Shown here: positions 61,770 to 64,000 of the stretch, piece after piece
Numbering within the stretch: position 1 is the first letter of the stretch
Layout: each line of letters opens with the position of its first letter
Assembly: GCF_009914755.1 (NCBI RefSeq)
Contig: NC_060927.1
Source: the human T2T-CHM13v2.0 reference genome, Homo sapiens
Reading direction: 5' to 3' (one strand)
DNA: 64,000 nucleotides
Position numbers and translations under genes: made by a program
The notes under the pieces: model-generated
The model's database searches: none
Seen by the model: only the letters and a program-made list of their open reading frames with translations
Told to the model about the DNA's origin: nothing

Positions 61770-62583
61770 TAGACATATATATGTCTACTTATATAGACAT
61801 ATATATGTCTACTTATATAGACATATATATATGTCTACTTATATAGACATATATATATGTCTACTTATATAGACATATATATATGTCTACTTATATAGAC
61901 ATATATATGTCTACTTATATAGACATATATATATGTCTACTTATATAGACATATATATGTCTACTTATATAGACATATATATATGTCTACTTATATAGAC
62001 ATATATATGTCTACTTATATAGACATATATATGTCTACTTATGTAGACATATATATATGTCTACTTATGTAGACATATATATATGTCTACTTATGTAGAC
62101 ATATATATGTCTACTTATGTAGACATATATATGTCTACTTATGTAGACATATATATATGTCTACTTATGTAGACATATATATATGTCTACTTATGTAGAC
62201 ATATATATATGTCTACTTATGTAGACATATATATGTCTACTTATATAGACATATATATATGTCTACTTATATAGACATATATATATGTCTACTTATATAG
62301 ACATATATATATGTCTACTTATATAGACATATATATATGTCTACTTATATAGACATATATATATGTCTACTTATATAGACATATATATATGTCTACTTAT
62401 ATAGACATATATATATGTCTACTTATATAGACATATATATATGTCTACTTATATAGACATATATATATGTCTACTTATATAGACATATATATATGTCTAC
62501 TTATATAGACATATATATATGTCTACTTATATAGACATATATATATGTCTACTTATATAGACATATATATATATATATATATA
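61770..62583. repeat. Palindromic minisatellite: 24/26-bp unit TAGAC(AT)4-5GTCTACTTAT[A/G], 31 full units plus a partial unit
   Basis: I counted 32 agac cores. Confidence 0.98.
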
Positions 62584-63596
62584 ATAAAAGTGGAAGAATC
62601 TAGGCTGCATTGATACTAGGAAATAATACAGATTAAAATTTTAGCCATCAACCCATATGAAGTTTAGAAACTTATTGAAAATCTGGAACTTTAGGATCAA
62701 CGTATTTCCTAAAAGAGAAGTAACAGAATAAAGGAAAAAGATGATAAAAGCTGGGAGCTTTGCAGTATTGTTCTTATAATTTGCAGTTACTGGCAGAAAT
62801 AAGTTGCGTGAGGTGAGGGTAAGTGTCAGAAGAGGCTGTAGCTAATTTTTTGAAAATAGTGGTACTTGAAGCATTGATGACATCTATAAAGATGTTTTAT
62901 TTTTGATCAGGTGGCTAAGATCAAGGTACGGGAAAAATTTGACTATGCTATACTGTTTTGGCCAAACATCAAATAGAAGACCTTGTTTCTTATCATTTAT
63001 ATAATGCAGCGAGGAATATCAATTTGGTTTAATTTGCTCCTTTAGATTAGATATTAAGAAAACATGCTGTTGATATAATGCATATGATCTTTAATTTGTA
63101 TTTCAAATAATATGTAATAACAAACACTCTGTATTTGATCTTGCACTCTGGAATGTCCATCTAAAAAGATATCCAGAGTAAAGATTTTTGTAAAGCATTT
63201 CTCTGTGATCTGAAACACAATAAATAATTATTAGACTTATTTATAGGTTTACATCCCTTTTCTTATTTTCTTATTTCACCAAGTGTTTACAATTTCTTGC
63301 AAACTGTATGTAATAAAGAACAGAATAAAATATTAGGTAAAAGCAAAATAGAGATAAAAAGTAATAAAACCTGGTTAATGCAAACCATATTTGTATAATT
63401 GCTACAGAAGCAGCTCAAAATGACTCTGATTAATTGTTACAGTAAAAGGAAGTGTATCAGATTTTTGTTCACTGAATTAGAAAAACTTTTAAAATATATT
63501 TAATCTCTAATTACACAACTTTTCTTGATATTAAGACCTGATAGGATCATAACCTATATAAAAGGACAATATAGTCAGTAATATCTCTAAACCGAT

Positions 63597-63672
63597 TGTG
63601 TGTGTGTGTATGTATATATATATATATATAGTTATATAAATACATATATAGTTATATAAATACATATATATG
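63597..63672. repeat. (TG)n(TA)n microsatellite followed by a 20-bp duplication
   Basis: gttatataaatacatatata occurs twice. Confidence 0.9.
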
Positions 63673-64000
63673 TAAAATTCTATAATGAAAGTTTTTTGGA
63701 GAAGTGTTGCAAAATAAATCAGTAAATTAGATACACTCATCTTTGATAACATGACTTAATCCAGGGAAATAATTTAGACTGTATTAACAGGGCTTCTTAC
63801 TCCAAGGTACATATCACCATAGGGAGTGGCAGTGACGGATGCAGGGATTCCTGTGAACCACTAAAAATCATATGTAAAATATCACATGTACTTTTGTGCA
63901 TTTACCCTACATACCGTTTTCAGAATGAATTGTAGTCCATAAAATTTAAAGAACCATTGTCTGTCATATGTACTTTGAGTTAATTATTTCAGTTCTCAAT

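Noticed and set aside
61770-62583. CRISPR-like array of palindromic repeats
   Set aside because: The linkers are identical 6-mers rather than unique spacers, there are no cas genes, and the DNA is primate. It is a minisatellite.
63789-63960. Possible old hAT MITE
   Set aside because: The ends are only vaguely Charlie-like; too degraded to call without a search.

Overview
AT-rich primate (human-like) genomic DNA that looks intronic or intergenic. I found no CpG island and no protein-coding exon I can support. The long ORFs in the track come from Alus, simple repeats, L1 ORF2 or Tigger1. The window is mainly a record of transposable elements: Alus, L1s, L2/MIR, MaLR and ERV LTRs, a full-length Tigger1, MER DNA transposons and a U6 snRNA pseudogene. 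The structures most worth a second look are: (1) an L1 inside Tigger1 carrying an apparent ~180-bp 3' transduction within its TSDs; (2) a 195-bp copy of nearby DNA inserted into an old L1; (3) two 5'-inverted (twin-primed) L1s; (4) a three-level nest, MIR < MST provirus < ERV1 LTR; (5) a ~810-bp minisatellite built of perfect palindromes. Subfamily names come from my recall of consensus sequences, not from a database search. I see no evidence for a new gene system.
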